Below, one piece after another: positions 8,906 to 18,051 of a stretch of 64,000 nt of DNA. Each line of letters starts with the position of its first letter. Position 1 is the first letter of the stretch. The stretch is from the NCBI GenBank assembly GCA_963749495.1, contig CAVVMW010000023.1, positions 829,698 to 893,697 on the forward strand, in the 5' to 3' direction. The notes beneath the pieces are model-generated. The model was not told the DNA's origin, did no database searches, and was given only the letters and a program-made list of their open reading frames with translations. Made by a program: the position numbers and the translations under genes. The stretch is from an uncultured bacterium (lineage in GTDB: Bacteria; Verrucomicrobiota; Verrucomicrobiia; Limisphaerales; UBA8199).

Positions 8906-9871
8906 ATGATGCTTTCCGACGAGAAAATCCAGGCGGTCATCGCGGAAATCCGCGAGTACAACATTTGCATCAACCGAGAGCAAAGGCTCGAGTTGTTTAC
9001 CGACGGCATGTGCGAAAACCCCGGCGCGATGCACATCGGCCTGTTCGCGCGCCAGGGCAACAACTGTCTGTTCACCCGGCACACCTTCGCTGGCTACGGA
9101 ACCTGCAACGAAGCGGAATACATCGGGGTGAAAACCGGTTTGACCATCCTCCAGGCGCTGTACCCCCAGCCCGCCGTTCCCGTGGTGGTCTTTTGCGACT
9201 CCCAGCTCGTCACCAACCAGGTCAATAACCTCTGGAAATCCTCGGGCAAAATGAGGGATTACTGCATCTTCCTGCGCCGGCTGCGCAAGACTTACCCTTT
9301 CACGCTGCAGAAGATCCCCCGGCGTGAAAACGAGATCGCCGATGGACTGGCGCAGAAATACATTCTCAAGAACTCCGGCCGGTGCATGACCCTTGATCAC
9401 GGGAGGTTCAACGTGCTCAAACAGGTTCCCGCCACGGTCAAGCGCAACGACACCTACAAGGCGGTCACCAGCCAGCAATTCCGCGATTATCTGGCGCAGC
9501 ACAATCTGCACGGTGAAATGCGGCGATTGCTCCGGTTGTCGAGCGAGGGAGACGCCGACGGCGCCGTGGCGCTGGCCCAAAGCCTCCAGCAACAAGCTCG
9601 CACCATCTTGCGGTTGGCCCCCAAGAGCAATGATCTGGTGGCCCAATGGCTGGACAACACCGTCGGGCTGATGCAAAAGGGCCTGGACCTGATCATGGCC
9701 GCTTTGCGGCAGGGCGCGGACCTGGTCGAAATCCAGTATATCATCGAGGAATTGTCCGGTGCGGACGGTGCCGAATCTGAGATTTACTCGCAACAAATTG
9801 GTTGCTTGAGGGAGCGAAACCTTCCCGAAGCTGTGTTCGCAACCGGCGACAAGGAGGAGTGCTTCGCCTAA
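8906..9871 (+). CDS. ribonuclease HI-family protein with C-terminal helical extension
   Basis: Complete RNase H motif set: FTDGMCENPG, CNEAEY, FCDSQLV, RENEIADGLA; ~150 extra C-terminal residues; start at MMLSDEK. Confidence 0.85.
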   Translation: MMLSDEKIQAVIAEIREYNICINREQRLELFTDGMCENPGAMHIGLFARQGNNCLFTRHTFAGYGTCNEAEYIGVKTGLTILQALYPQPAVPVVVFCDSQLVTNQVNNLWKSSGKMRDYCIFLRRLRKTYPFTLQKIPRRENEIADGLAQKYILKNSGRCMTLDHGRFNVLKQVPATVKRNDTYKAVTSQQFRDYLAQHNLHGEMRRLLRLSSEGDADGAVALAQSLQQQARTILRLAPKSNDLVAQWLDNTVGLMQKGLDLIMAALRQGADLVEIQYIIEELSGADGAESEIYSQQIGCLRERNLPEAVFATGDKEECFA

Positions 9872-10112
9872 TCGACCAGGATTCCTGGGAGGGATGGTGG
9901 TCCTTCTGGGCCAGGGGCTCAAGCTCCTCGCACTTTCCTTTCTCCCGCTCTCGCACTTGCTGTTGGCAGGACCGCAGGGAACTGCCTTTGACGCCCTGGC
10001 GGCCGAACGAGGCGACCGGCCCGCGGCAACTCGCCCTGCAGCCTCGCCGCCCCTAAAAGCCAGGTGCACCGACCTATAATGGTTAAGCGGGCCAAATCCC
10101 GCATGGCCGAAT

Positions 10113-10385
10113 ATGAGCCGACCGCGAAAAGTATCATTATGGGAAACAGCAGGGCTGCTTGCCTTGGGCGCCATCACCGTCGTTTGTCTGACGCCGGTGC
10201 TGCGAAAGGACTACGCCGGATCAGCTCTGCGCACTTCCCTCTTCGCCATGATTGGCGCCTGCCTCATTTATCCGTCCGCTATCCTGGTTTACACCCGCAA
10301 GGCCATCGCGCAGCGGAACGGGGATTGGAGGATAACCTTGTTCATTCTGGGCATCACCTACGTGCTCTTTCGCCTGGTCCGGTAG
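10113..10385 (+). CDS. small membrane protein (about 3 TM)
   Basis: Three hydrophobic stretches; TATAATGG at 10075-10082 upstream; first gene of a 3-gene run. Confidence 0.6.
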   Translation: MSRPRKVSLWETAGLLALGAITVVCLTPVLRKDYAGSALRTSLFAMIGACLIYPSAILVYTRKAIAQRNGDWRITLFILGITYVLFRLVR

Positions 10386-10388
10386 CGC

Positions 10389-11300
10389 GTGAAGAAACTC
10401 TTGCCATACGCTTTGGGCGGGTGGGTGCTGCTGGTCGGCGGCATAGTCGGCAGTCGGGTGTTCCCGAACCACGGGCCGATCACAACTTCTGCAAGATCAA
10501 CGTCCCCAGCCGCAAAATTGCGGCCCGTTCGCGTCGAGCAACCGCCGGAGGTCCTCTACCTCCTGGTGGCGGAAGGCTTGGTTGAGAAGCTCAAAACGGG
10601 GGATACGCTCCTGACCCAACGCGAACATCGGGAGTTGATTCACGAGACCTCGATGCATTTGCGCCAGGATCTCGGGTTGGAACTGCCGCCGGGATTCGTC
10701 GTTCCTCCCGGCGTCTCGGGAAGCTGGCTGGAGCACCCCGAGTTGGATGACCCGAACCAAAGCGCCTTTATCCAGCAGGTGCAGGCAGCCAACCGGGAGT
10801 ACCTGCGAAGGATTGTTGCTCGATTGCTCGATGACTATGCCCCTCAGACGATGCAGCTCATGACCCATCGCCTCGCCGCCATCCGCTCATTCCGCAAACC
10901 GGGAGACGATGAGTCTCTTTCCTTTGTCAAAGCGCTCTACGGCGAGAACTTCGTCAACGACTGCGCCGCTGCGCACCGTCAAGGGAAGGACCAGGCCAAG
11001 CCGTGGGAGCACAACCATAACCAGCCGGAATCCGGCCAGCCAATCACGCGCCCGGCCAAAGAAGTGGCCGCAGCCCAGGCGCAAGTGTCGTCGTTGTGGC
11101 GAACTGAGTTCACTCCGCAAGAGCTTTCCGCGGTTGGAGAATATGTCCTGAGCCAGAAACTTCGGGACAAACTCCGGGACGACTTGCTGTACAACGACCT
11201 TTCCGCCGCAGAACGCAGCTTGATGGAGAAGAGCGCCATCGGCTCCCGGCTGATTTCCCTGCACGACCTGACCTGCAAAGTCGTGTCCGCTCCGCAATAA
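10389..11300 (+). CDS. hypothetical protein with N-terminal membrane anchor/signal
   Basis: MKKLLPYALGGWVLLVGGIVG; 3 nt after the upstream stop. Confidence 0.7.
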   Translation: MKKLLPYALGGWVLLVGGIVGSRVFPNHGPITTSARSTSPAAKLRPVRVEQPPEVLYLLVAEGLVEKLKTGDTLLTQREHRELIHETSMHLRQDLGLELPPGFVVPPGVSGSWLEHPELDDPNQSAFIQQVQAANREYLRRIVARLLDDYAPQTMQLMTHRLAAIRSFRKPGDDESLSFVKALYGENFVNDCAAAHRQGKDQAKPWEHNHNQPESGQPITRPAKEVAAAQAQVSSLWRTEFTPQELSAVGEYVLSQKLRDKLRDDLLYNDLSAAERSLMEKSAIGSRLISLHDLTCKVVSAPQ

Positions 11301-11319
11301 CTGGAAGCAACCTCCGCAC

Positions 11320-12555
11320 ATGATCCTCAATTCCTACCTGGTCACCGTTCGGGACGAAACTCAACAGATCTCCAAGCGGCTGGTGCAGGCGACCAGCCAG
11401 GCCAAAGTTTACGGCCAGATGCACCGGGAAAAGTGCAAGGTCATCGCCATCGAGCAGCGTCCCAGCCCTTTCCTGGAGGCGTTGAAGAAGGGGCGCCTGG
11501 AGATCGGCGACGCGGCCAGCAAACGCGAACTGGCGACCTTCTCCAACAACCTGGCGCTGATGGTGGCCACCAAGGTCAACACCGCCAATGCGTTTCAGAT
11601 TTTGGCTGAGTCCACGCCCAAGGAACGCTTTCGCAGAATCATCATCGATGTGCGCCGCCGCATCACCGACGGCGAGAGCATCTCCCAGGCGCTGGCAAAT
11701 CACCCGGAAGCCTTCGATGGTGTTTACGTGGCTATTGTCCAGGCTTCGGAGACTTCCGGGCAGCTGCCGGCCGCGCTCCGGGAGCGCGCCAAGGCGCTAA
11801 AGCGGACTGACAAGGTGCTGCGGAAGGTCAAGAACGCGTCTATCTATCCTGCGATTGTGTTGGTTATCGCGCTGATAGCCGTGATGATCTTCTCCCTGCT
11901 GGCAGTCCCGGCCCTGGCAACTCTGTACAAGGGGACCGGAGTCCAACTCCCATGGGTCACGCGCGCCGTCGTGAAGGTTTCTGAAATCCTCCGCAGCAGC
12001 CCGTTGATCGTGATTGGAGTCCTCTCCATCCCGGTGTTGCTCTTCATGCAGCGGAAAGCCATTCTGGCGAACAAGGGCCTCCAGCGATTTCTCCTCAAGG
12101 TCTTCATCATCCGCGACCTGGTTGCCAAGGGCGCCTGCCTTCGCGTCCTGCAATTGCTCCAACAGTTCTCCACGGCCAACGTGACCATGCCCAAGCAGCT
12201 TCATCTCTGCCAGAAGGTCGCCGGCAATGTTGTGTTCACCGAGGCGCTGGAACGCATCAAGGGCGCCATCGAGGCCAGCGGCGTGAGCCTGTCGGAGGCC
12301 TTCAAACAGGAGAAGGCTTTTCCCCCCATCATCGCCGGAAACATCCAGGCGGGAGAGGCCACCGGCAGCCTGCCTGAAGTATTAGGCAACCTGACGGAGT
12401 ATTACATCGAGGATCTCGATAACGCGGTCACCCGCTTTACCGCCGTTATTGAGCCGGTGATGATTATTCTCCTGGCAGCCGTCATCGGCACCATGGTCAT
12501 CGCCATGTACCTGCCCTTGTTCAATCTGGCGCAGGTGTTGAATCATCATAGCTAA
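11320..12555 (+). CDS. type II secretion system F / type IV pilus platform protein (PilC/GspF family)
   Basis: GESISQALANHPEAF, ASETSGQL, ASIYPAIV, AGEATGSL, IEPVMII...AMYLPLF; 411 aa. Confidence 0.9.
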   Translation: MILNSYLVTVRDETQQISKRLVQATSQAKVYGQMHREKCKVIAIEQRPSPFLEALKKGRLEIGDAASKRELATFSNNLALMVATKVNTANAFQILAESTPKERFRRIIIDVRRRITDGESISQALANHPEAFDGVYVAIVQASETSGQLPAALRERAKALKRTDKVLRKVKNASIYPAIVLVIALIAVMIFSLLAVPALATLYKGTGVQLPWVTRAVVKVSEILRSSPLIVIGVLSIPVLLFMQRKAILANKGLQRFLLKVFIIRDLVAKGACLRVLQLLQQFSTANVTMPKQLHLCQKVAGNVVFTEALERIKGAIEASGVSLSEAFKQEKAFPPIIAGNIQAGEATGSLPEVLGNLTEYYIEDLDNAVTRFTAVIEPVMIILLAAVIGTMVIAMYLPLFNLAQVLNHHS

Positions 12556-12587
12556 TCTCAACCCGCGGCGGGGCGGTGGGAGGTACG

Positions 12588-13444
12588 ATGCAGAAAGCAA
12601 AGAGATGGGAGAAGGATCCGGGCGCGACAACGCCGGGCGCGCGGCGGGCCCGCGCCCTCGTCAGGGCTGTGCTGGCGCTGGTAGGGCTGATGCTGGCCAT
12701 GGGGGTCGCCAGCAAGGTTGCCGCCCCGCTCAATGGGCTCGCGGAGATGCCGCTCCCCTGGTTCCGCCAGGGGCAGCTGTGGCTGGTGCTCGGAGCGGAG
12801 TCCACCCTCGCCGTCTGCCTGTGCCTTTTCCCCAGCCGGCGGACCGTCGCCTGCGCCGCCGTGCTCCTCGTGGCCTTCTGCGCCTGGCTTGGTCACCTCG
12901 CCGGGAGCGGGGCGAAGACCTGCGGGTGCTTCGACGGCCTCGGCATACGGCGCTCCCCCGTCGCCGCGCTCGCCACCAACGGCGCCACGGTTCTGGCGCT
13001 CACGGCCGTCCTGGCCCGGGTTGCCGCCTGCTGGCCCGCCCGCGGCTCGCTTCGGAGGCCGCCGTGGCGGCCGCCAGCCTGCTCGCGGCCGGGGCGTTCC
13101 TGCTGGCCACGACGCTCCCCCCGCGCAATCCGGAGGTGCGAGAGCTCGTCGGGGAGGCCGCCGATGGCAGGGACGTCCTGCTCAAGGTGTCCCCCGGTTG
13201 CGAGCGGTGCATCGCCTTCACCAGCAACCTCGTCCTCTCCGTACACCCCTCGCGGGTCGTCGCCGTCAGCTTGCTCGCCGACAACGAGGAGAGCAAGGCT
13301 TTCACCAAGCGCTTCGGCATCCCCGTGGTCGACCTGCAGCCCAAGCCCTTCTACGACCTGGGCGGATGCCTGGACGTGCCGAGGGCGTACTGGGTGCGCG
13401 GGCGTTTCCTCGCCGAAATGCGGCCCCACGAAAAGAGGAGATGA
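12588..13444 (+). pseudogene. MauE/DoxX-like membrane protein fused to a thioredoxin-like CxxC domain, frameshifted near 13040
   Basis: TM helices + TCGCF motif in one frame; SPGCERC...GIPVVD...VPRAYWV in the next frame; visibly higher GC than the backbone. Confidence 0.55.
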
Positions 13445-13489
13445 GAGCCGTGCCTCTGCTACTGTTCTCCCGGGATATGAGCCATGCAT

Positions 13490-13705
13490 GGGAAAAAGCC
13501 CAGAGCTTCGAACCAGGTTTCCCGGAAACCGAAGCGGGTGGATTCTCGGTGCAGCAACGTCCCGCTCGCGCCGTCAGCCAGCGCCGTCTGAAGGGTGTAA
13601 AGCGTCGGGTGATCCGGTTGCCAGAGTTCGACGCCTGTGAACGGGGCCGTGAGCGTGACTGTGGTGGTGACGAACCCTGGCAGGCCGACGTTTGTAGCCG
13701 GCAGG
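13490..13705 (-). pseudogene. internal fragment of a GH2-type glycosidase (Ig-like domain)
   Basis: Manual translation gives VELWQPDHPTLYTLQTALAD...HRESTRFGFRETW; no start codon or catalytic domain. Confidence 0.6.
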
Positions 13706-13933
13706 TCAAAAGCGGCGGCGGCAACCGCGGAGTCGCACGGCCAGGATGGCGAACGCGATCATGATGAAGCCGGCGCTGTAGTTCAGGTGGGCCGCACCCT
13801 CGAGCCGTCCGAGCCAGGTGAAATGCTTGAACGATCGCCAGCAAACGTGGACCAGAGAGAAGGCCAACAAGACCTCAACGAGGGACGCGGCACACCGGCT
13901 ACGCGATTGGAGGCGAGGTTCGTCTCTGTTCAT
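13706..13933 (-). pseudogene. N-terminal fragment of a membrane protein
   Basis: Two hydrophobic segments, ending abruptly against the GH2 fragment. Confidence 0.35.
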
Positions 13934-14090
13934 TCATCGGTGACGAGCTTCAGCTCCCGGATTCAGCCAGCCTTAGAGGAGGATGGCTGGGCGAACATCG
14001 AGTGAAGGAAAGGTCCCGGGGCGACCAGCGCGCTGGCCGCGGGCAGTCCAATGACTCCGCTGAGAAGTTTCATGCGCCAATGGAAGCCGC

Positions 14091-14870
14091 CTATGATGGC
14101 TGCCGCCTCATCGATCGAGCGTCGGTCAAACGTGACTCCACATCATAGTCCCGCGGGTCTTTCACCGGGTAGGCCAGCGCCTGCTCCAGCAACTGAATCG
14201 CGCGATCGAGTTGATCCTGGCCCGCCTCTCCCTTCCGATAGTGGCGGAGCAGTTCGGCCGAGAGGGTTACATAGCCCACGGCGCGGTCGGGATGCTCTTG
14301 GATGAGCCGCTGGCACCATTGCTCTCCTTCCGCATCGCGCCCAACCGCGAAGTAGAGCATCCCCAGGTCACCGGAGAAGTTCAGGTCACTGTCGCTTTCC
14401 GGCAGAATCTGCAATACTTCGCGAATAAAGCGGATTCCCAGTTCGCCGCACTGCCGGTCTTTCAAAGTGCCGTTGAGTGCCTCCATGCGAAAATCCACGC
14501 CCCAATTGCCCAGGTGTTGCGACATATGCGCGAACACCTTTCCGCCCGCCTGGCCCAGGTCCTCCATCTCCGGGGTCAACCGCGGCCGCAACGCCTCCCA
14601 GACTTTCCACCAAGCTTCCAGCGCTGCGGCCGGCTTCTTTTGAGCCGAGAAGGCATAGCCTTCGCACATCCAGTCATCGATCATTTCCAGCGACGGATGC
14701 TCTGGAGAGCGGCGCCGCCAGAGCTCGCACGCGGCCAGGCCCAGGAAGTCGCGATCCGCCCGGCTCGGGGATGATAATCGGCCGGTCCATCCATCGGCGA
14801 TCTTCCAGGCCGATTCCTCGGTGCGCGTCAGCGCCCCAAACCGTGTCGGCTCGTAATGAATGCCCAGCCG
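14091..14870 (-). CDS. TPR-like helical hypothetical protein, probably 5'-truncated
   Basis: DLGMLYFAVGRDAEGEQWCQRLIQEHPDRAVGYVTL is TPR-like; no convincing start. Confidence 0.55.
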   Translation of the reverse strand, partial: RLGIHYEPTRFGALTRTEESAWKIADGWTGRLSSPSRADRDFLGLAACELWRRRSPEHPSLEMIDDWMCEGYAFSAQKKPAAALEAWWKVWEALRPRLTPEMEDLGQAGGKVFAHMSQHLGNWGVDFRMEALNGTLKDRQCGELGIRFIREVLQILPESDSDLNFSGDLGMLYFAVGRDAEGEQWCQRLIQEHPDRAVGYVTLSAELLRHYRKGEAGQDQLDRAIQLLEQALAYPVKDPRDYDVESRLTDARSMRRQPS

Positions 14871-15078
14871 GGGCCCACCTTTGGCAGCGGCCGAGTTCAC
14901 GCCGCCGAACCTCCTCAATCAGGGCGTTGCGGAGATGGCGTTCATAGCCAGTCAGGCGCTCGACAACATCATTGCCCGGGAAGGCCCGAACCCAGGGCAT
15001 CCGCTCCCCCGGTCGCCAGGAAGTGCGCAACTTCTCGCTCGCGCCTGGCGGACGCCCGATGGTTCGGCCGGCTGGCGC

Positions 15079-15999
15079 TCATGGGATGAATCCGGTGTCC
15101 TTGAGCCAGGCCACGAAGCTTTCCTTCCAGAGGGCGGCGGATTCACCGCGGCCCTCACCCATATCGAAGCCATGGCCGCCTTTGGCGAAGAGATGCAGTT
15201 CCACGTTCCAACCGGCCTTGAGCACCGTTTGGGAAAAGTCCACGCAACGGCCGACCGGCGTCAACGTGTCGTCGATGGCGTTCATGATGAATAGGGGCGG
15301 CAATGGCCTGGTCTTCGCCACCATTTCGCCGAACTCTTCCCGCAGCCAGGGATAAAACAAACCTGCAAAGTTCACCTCCCCGCTGACGCTGTTGGTCCCG
15401 CCCGTCGGCTCAGGGCGGAAGACCGTGTTGAAGGCCAGATTGCCGCCGGCCGAGAACCCGCAGATGCCGATTTTGTTCGGGTCCAGATTCAGCTCGGCCG
15501 CCTGGGACCGCAGAACGCGGATGGCTTGGCGGGCGTCGGCAAACACGGCCGGCAAATAGACATCCCAAGGGTATTTCCGGTCCTCGCCATGCGCGCCGCT
15601 GTTGGTGCGGTATTTGAGCACGAGCGAGGTGATGCCCCTGCCTTTCAGCCACAACGCCAGGTCATGCCCTTCCCGGTCCAGCCACACGTCCCGATACCCG
15701 CCACCCGGGCAGATCACCAGACCCACGCCGGTCGCCTGGGCTTTCGGCGCCTGGTGAATGCTGTAAGTGGGCTCGGCGACGAAACTGAAGACCCGGTTAG
15801 AACCCGACGGCGAGGCGCTGGACGCGCGGTTCGGTCTGACGGTCTCCTTAATGTCGTAGCGAATGGGATTCTCAAAACCCGCAGCCGGCCAAAGGGGCTT
15901 TTCCTCCTGTAACTCTGCGCAAAACGCGGCTGTGCAGAGGAAGAGGACGGGTAGAACCGCGTGTTTCGGATTCACAAAGGGGCTTGAACGACATGCCAT
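15079..15999 (-). CDS. secreted alpha/beta hydrolase (acetylxylan/feruloyl esterase-like)
   Basis: ICPGGGY, GFSAGG nucleophile elbow, Asp in AIDD, GGHGF; signal peptide. Confidence 0.85.
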   Translation of the reverse strand: MACRSSPFVNPKHAVLPVLFLCTAAFCAELQEEKPLWPAAGFENPIRYDIKETVRPNRASSASPSGSNRVFSFVAEPTYSIHQAPKAQATGVGLVICPGGGYRDVWLDREGHDLALWLKGRGITSLVLKYRTNSGAHGEDRKYPWDVYLPAVFADARQAIRVLRSQAAELNLDPNKIGICGFSAGGNLAFNTVFRPEPTGGTNSVSGEVNFAGLFYPWLREEFGEMVAKTRPLPPLFIMNAIDDTLTPVGRCVDFSQTVLKAGWNVELHLFAKGGHGFDMGEGRGESAALWKESFVAWLKDTGFIP

Positions 16000-16190
16000 C
16001 CCAGGAGGATTTAGCAAAGGCGCCGAGGGGTCAAGCTCGTGAGGGGGAACACTCGTTCAGCTTTGACGCTCCTTGGGAGGGGGCCTTCTGCGGCTACGTT
16101 CGAATTCAAGCCACTTGGCTGCGGGCCGGCACGAGTCGAGTTGAAGATCATCCTGGACAGGAATAGGATTCCTTGAGCGCAAGACCGGAT

Positions 16191-16529
16191 ATGGCGGAAT
16201 ACGGTGAATGGAATCGCAAGGGGGCCACCCTGAGCGACGTGACAGCCCAGAAGGAGTATGGGGTCAGCCGGCAATTCATCGTGAAGGGCATCCGGGCGGG
16301 CAAGCTCGAATACCGGGAGGGCTCGATTTGGGGAAACCCCTATTTGCGGATTCTGAGAGGGCAACTGGAGGCTTACATCGCCGAGCAGTTCGGCCGGCGG
16401 CAGTTGGGCAACTTGAAGAACCAGGGAGAACTGCGAAAAATCAAAAGGGAGATCGGTTCGCTCAAGAGGAAGCTGGCAGCGCTGGAGCTCCGACGAGCCG
16501 AATTGGAAAAGGCGGTAGGCAAGCAGTGA
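16191..16529 (+). CDS. small hypothetical protein, HTH-like N-terminus plus coiled coil
   Basis: TAQKEYGVSRQFIVKGIRAGKL; heptad-rich C-terminus. Confidence 0.65.
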   Translation: MAEYGEWNRKGATLSDVTAQKEYGVSRQFIVKGIRAGKLEYREGSIWGNPYLRILRGQLEAYIAEQFGRRQLGNLKNQGELRKIKREIGSLKRKLAALELRRAELEKAVGKQ

Positions 16530-16598
16530 CGCCAGCGAGTCGCGTTCGACTTACGTTGCACCGGCGCCAACGCTCCGACATCCAGGCTCGGCAGCCGT

Positions 16599-17972
16599 TT
16601 ACTCCCTCGCACCAGAGAGCAGGACCGACCTGATAGCCATCTCCTCCCGAGAATGCGGCGGAGATGCGAGTTCAATGGCCAGGCCGACAATCAAATCCCG
16701 GTATCCCGACGAGCGAGCGAGGTCGAGGCGATACACATGAAACTGACCATCGGGATACAACTCCATGGTGAGGCTCTTGTTGGTATCCCATTTCTCGTCG
16801 TCGAGGCGCTTCCAGAATACCCGTGCTGCGGCCTTCTGTCCTTTGTAGGCCACCTCCAACTCCAGCGCTGGGACGCTTTCCGCTCGCCAGCCCTGCACGG
16901 CGCTTTCCAGCCGCGGCTTGTCCGAGCCGAATTTGATGCGCCACTCGCCGTTCAATGGAAAGCCTTGGTCGGTGGCGCCGCGCAAAGTCCAGTGCTGCCG
17001 ATCTTTGGCAAAGCGCCAGGCGGGCGGCGGGCGGGTAGCCAGGGCGTTGAAGCGTTTGCGGATGTCGGCCAGCCTGCCGACCATGAACTCAGTGCGGTGT
17101 TCATAGACGATGTTGTAGTCGAAGTTCTCCACGTGGATGGGCGCCACGTACGCCGTCGAGCCATCCTTGGGATCCTCCGACCGGTTATCGCCGTAAATCC
17201 CTCCATGAAACTCGCCGCCGTCGTCCTTGAACACGCCCAGTCCCCAGTCGCCATCGTCGACCAGCGCCGCCCAACGCTCCGTGGCGACAAACCGGGTCCA
17301 GGGCCACGGCTTCCGCCAGTCGTTCGTGACATGAGTGAGCGCGCCCCCGGTGAAAGGTTTGTCGCCGGTATAGGCCATCAATCGCCCCAGCTTCGAAATT
17401 GTATAAACGGCGGGCAGTTCCTGGGGACAAGGGCGGTAAGCGGTCTTGTCCGCGCGCTGATTGGCGCAGCGGAAACGCATGTGGATGAGCGGCCCGTCCA
17501 GCGTTGTCCAGGTCTCGAAGACGCAGTCCCCGGGAACATCGTTCAGCGGCCACTGCATGGGAATGCACTTGATGTAAAGCTCCTTGCCGTCATTGCGGTG
17601 CTCAATGACTCTGGAGGGATTCATAGAGCAGTCGCCGGTTTGAATCGGGTTCCAGCCCAAGCCGGCCCACGCCGGATTTGGCTTTTTGTCGCCGACCTCG
17701 AACGGCCAGGGGCCGGAGTAATGCGACATTTGTATCTGCCGCCCCAGGTCCGCGCTGTTGATGATATTGCCCGGATGGTCTTTGCTGGAAATGTAGGTCA
17801 CCGCTCCCCCGAGGGCCAGGTCCATGCCGATGCGCACTTCGCCGTTGTCCAGGAAGGTCATCCTGGGCGCGGGCAGTGACGCCGCCTCCGCCAGGATGCC
17901 GACGGCCGATGTGGCCGCCACGATGCTGAGCCAGAATAGCATTCTCGGGCAGACAAACAGGACCCGTTTCAT
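16599..17972 (-). CDS. secreted hypothetical protein (probable carbohydrate-related beta-sandwich)
   Basis: Signal peptide MKRVLFV...; Trp-rich; 457 aa. Confidence 0.7.
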   Translation of the reverse strand: MKRVLFVCPRMLFWLSIVAATSAVGILAEAASLPAPRMTFLDNGEVRIGMDLALGGAVTYISSKDHPGNIINSADLGRQIQMSHYSGPWPFEVGDKKPNPAWAGLGWNPIQTGDCSMNPSRVIEHRNDGKELYIKCIPMQWPLNDVPGDCVFETWTTLDGPLIHMRFRCANQRADKTAYRPCPQELPAVYTISKLGRLMAYTGDKPFTGGALTHVTNDWRKPWPWTRFVATERWAALVDDGDWGLGVFKDDGGEFHGGIYGDNRSEDPKDGSTAYVAPIHVENFDYNIVYEHRTEFMVGRLADIRKRFNALATRPPPAWRFAKDRQHWTLRGATDQGFPLNGEWRIKFGSDKPRLESAVQGWRAESVPALELEVAYKGQKAAARVFWKRLDDEKWDTNKSLTMELYPDGQFHVYRLDLARSSGYRDLIVGLAIELASPPHSREEMAIRSVLLSGARE

Positions 17973-18051
17973 GGCTGCCTTGTAACGCTGCCCCGCTCGT
18001 TGGTCAATGCCCGGCCTTGACCCATCAGGATATTTGCCGAATTCTCCAGGC

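Noticed and set aside
7236..9871. Retron, DGR or retroelement suggested by the RNase H
   Set aside because: No reverse transcriptase (YxDD) ORF, TR/VR repeat pair or msr-msd structure seen in the window.
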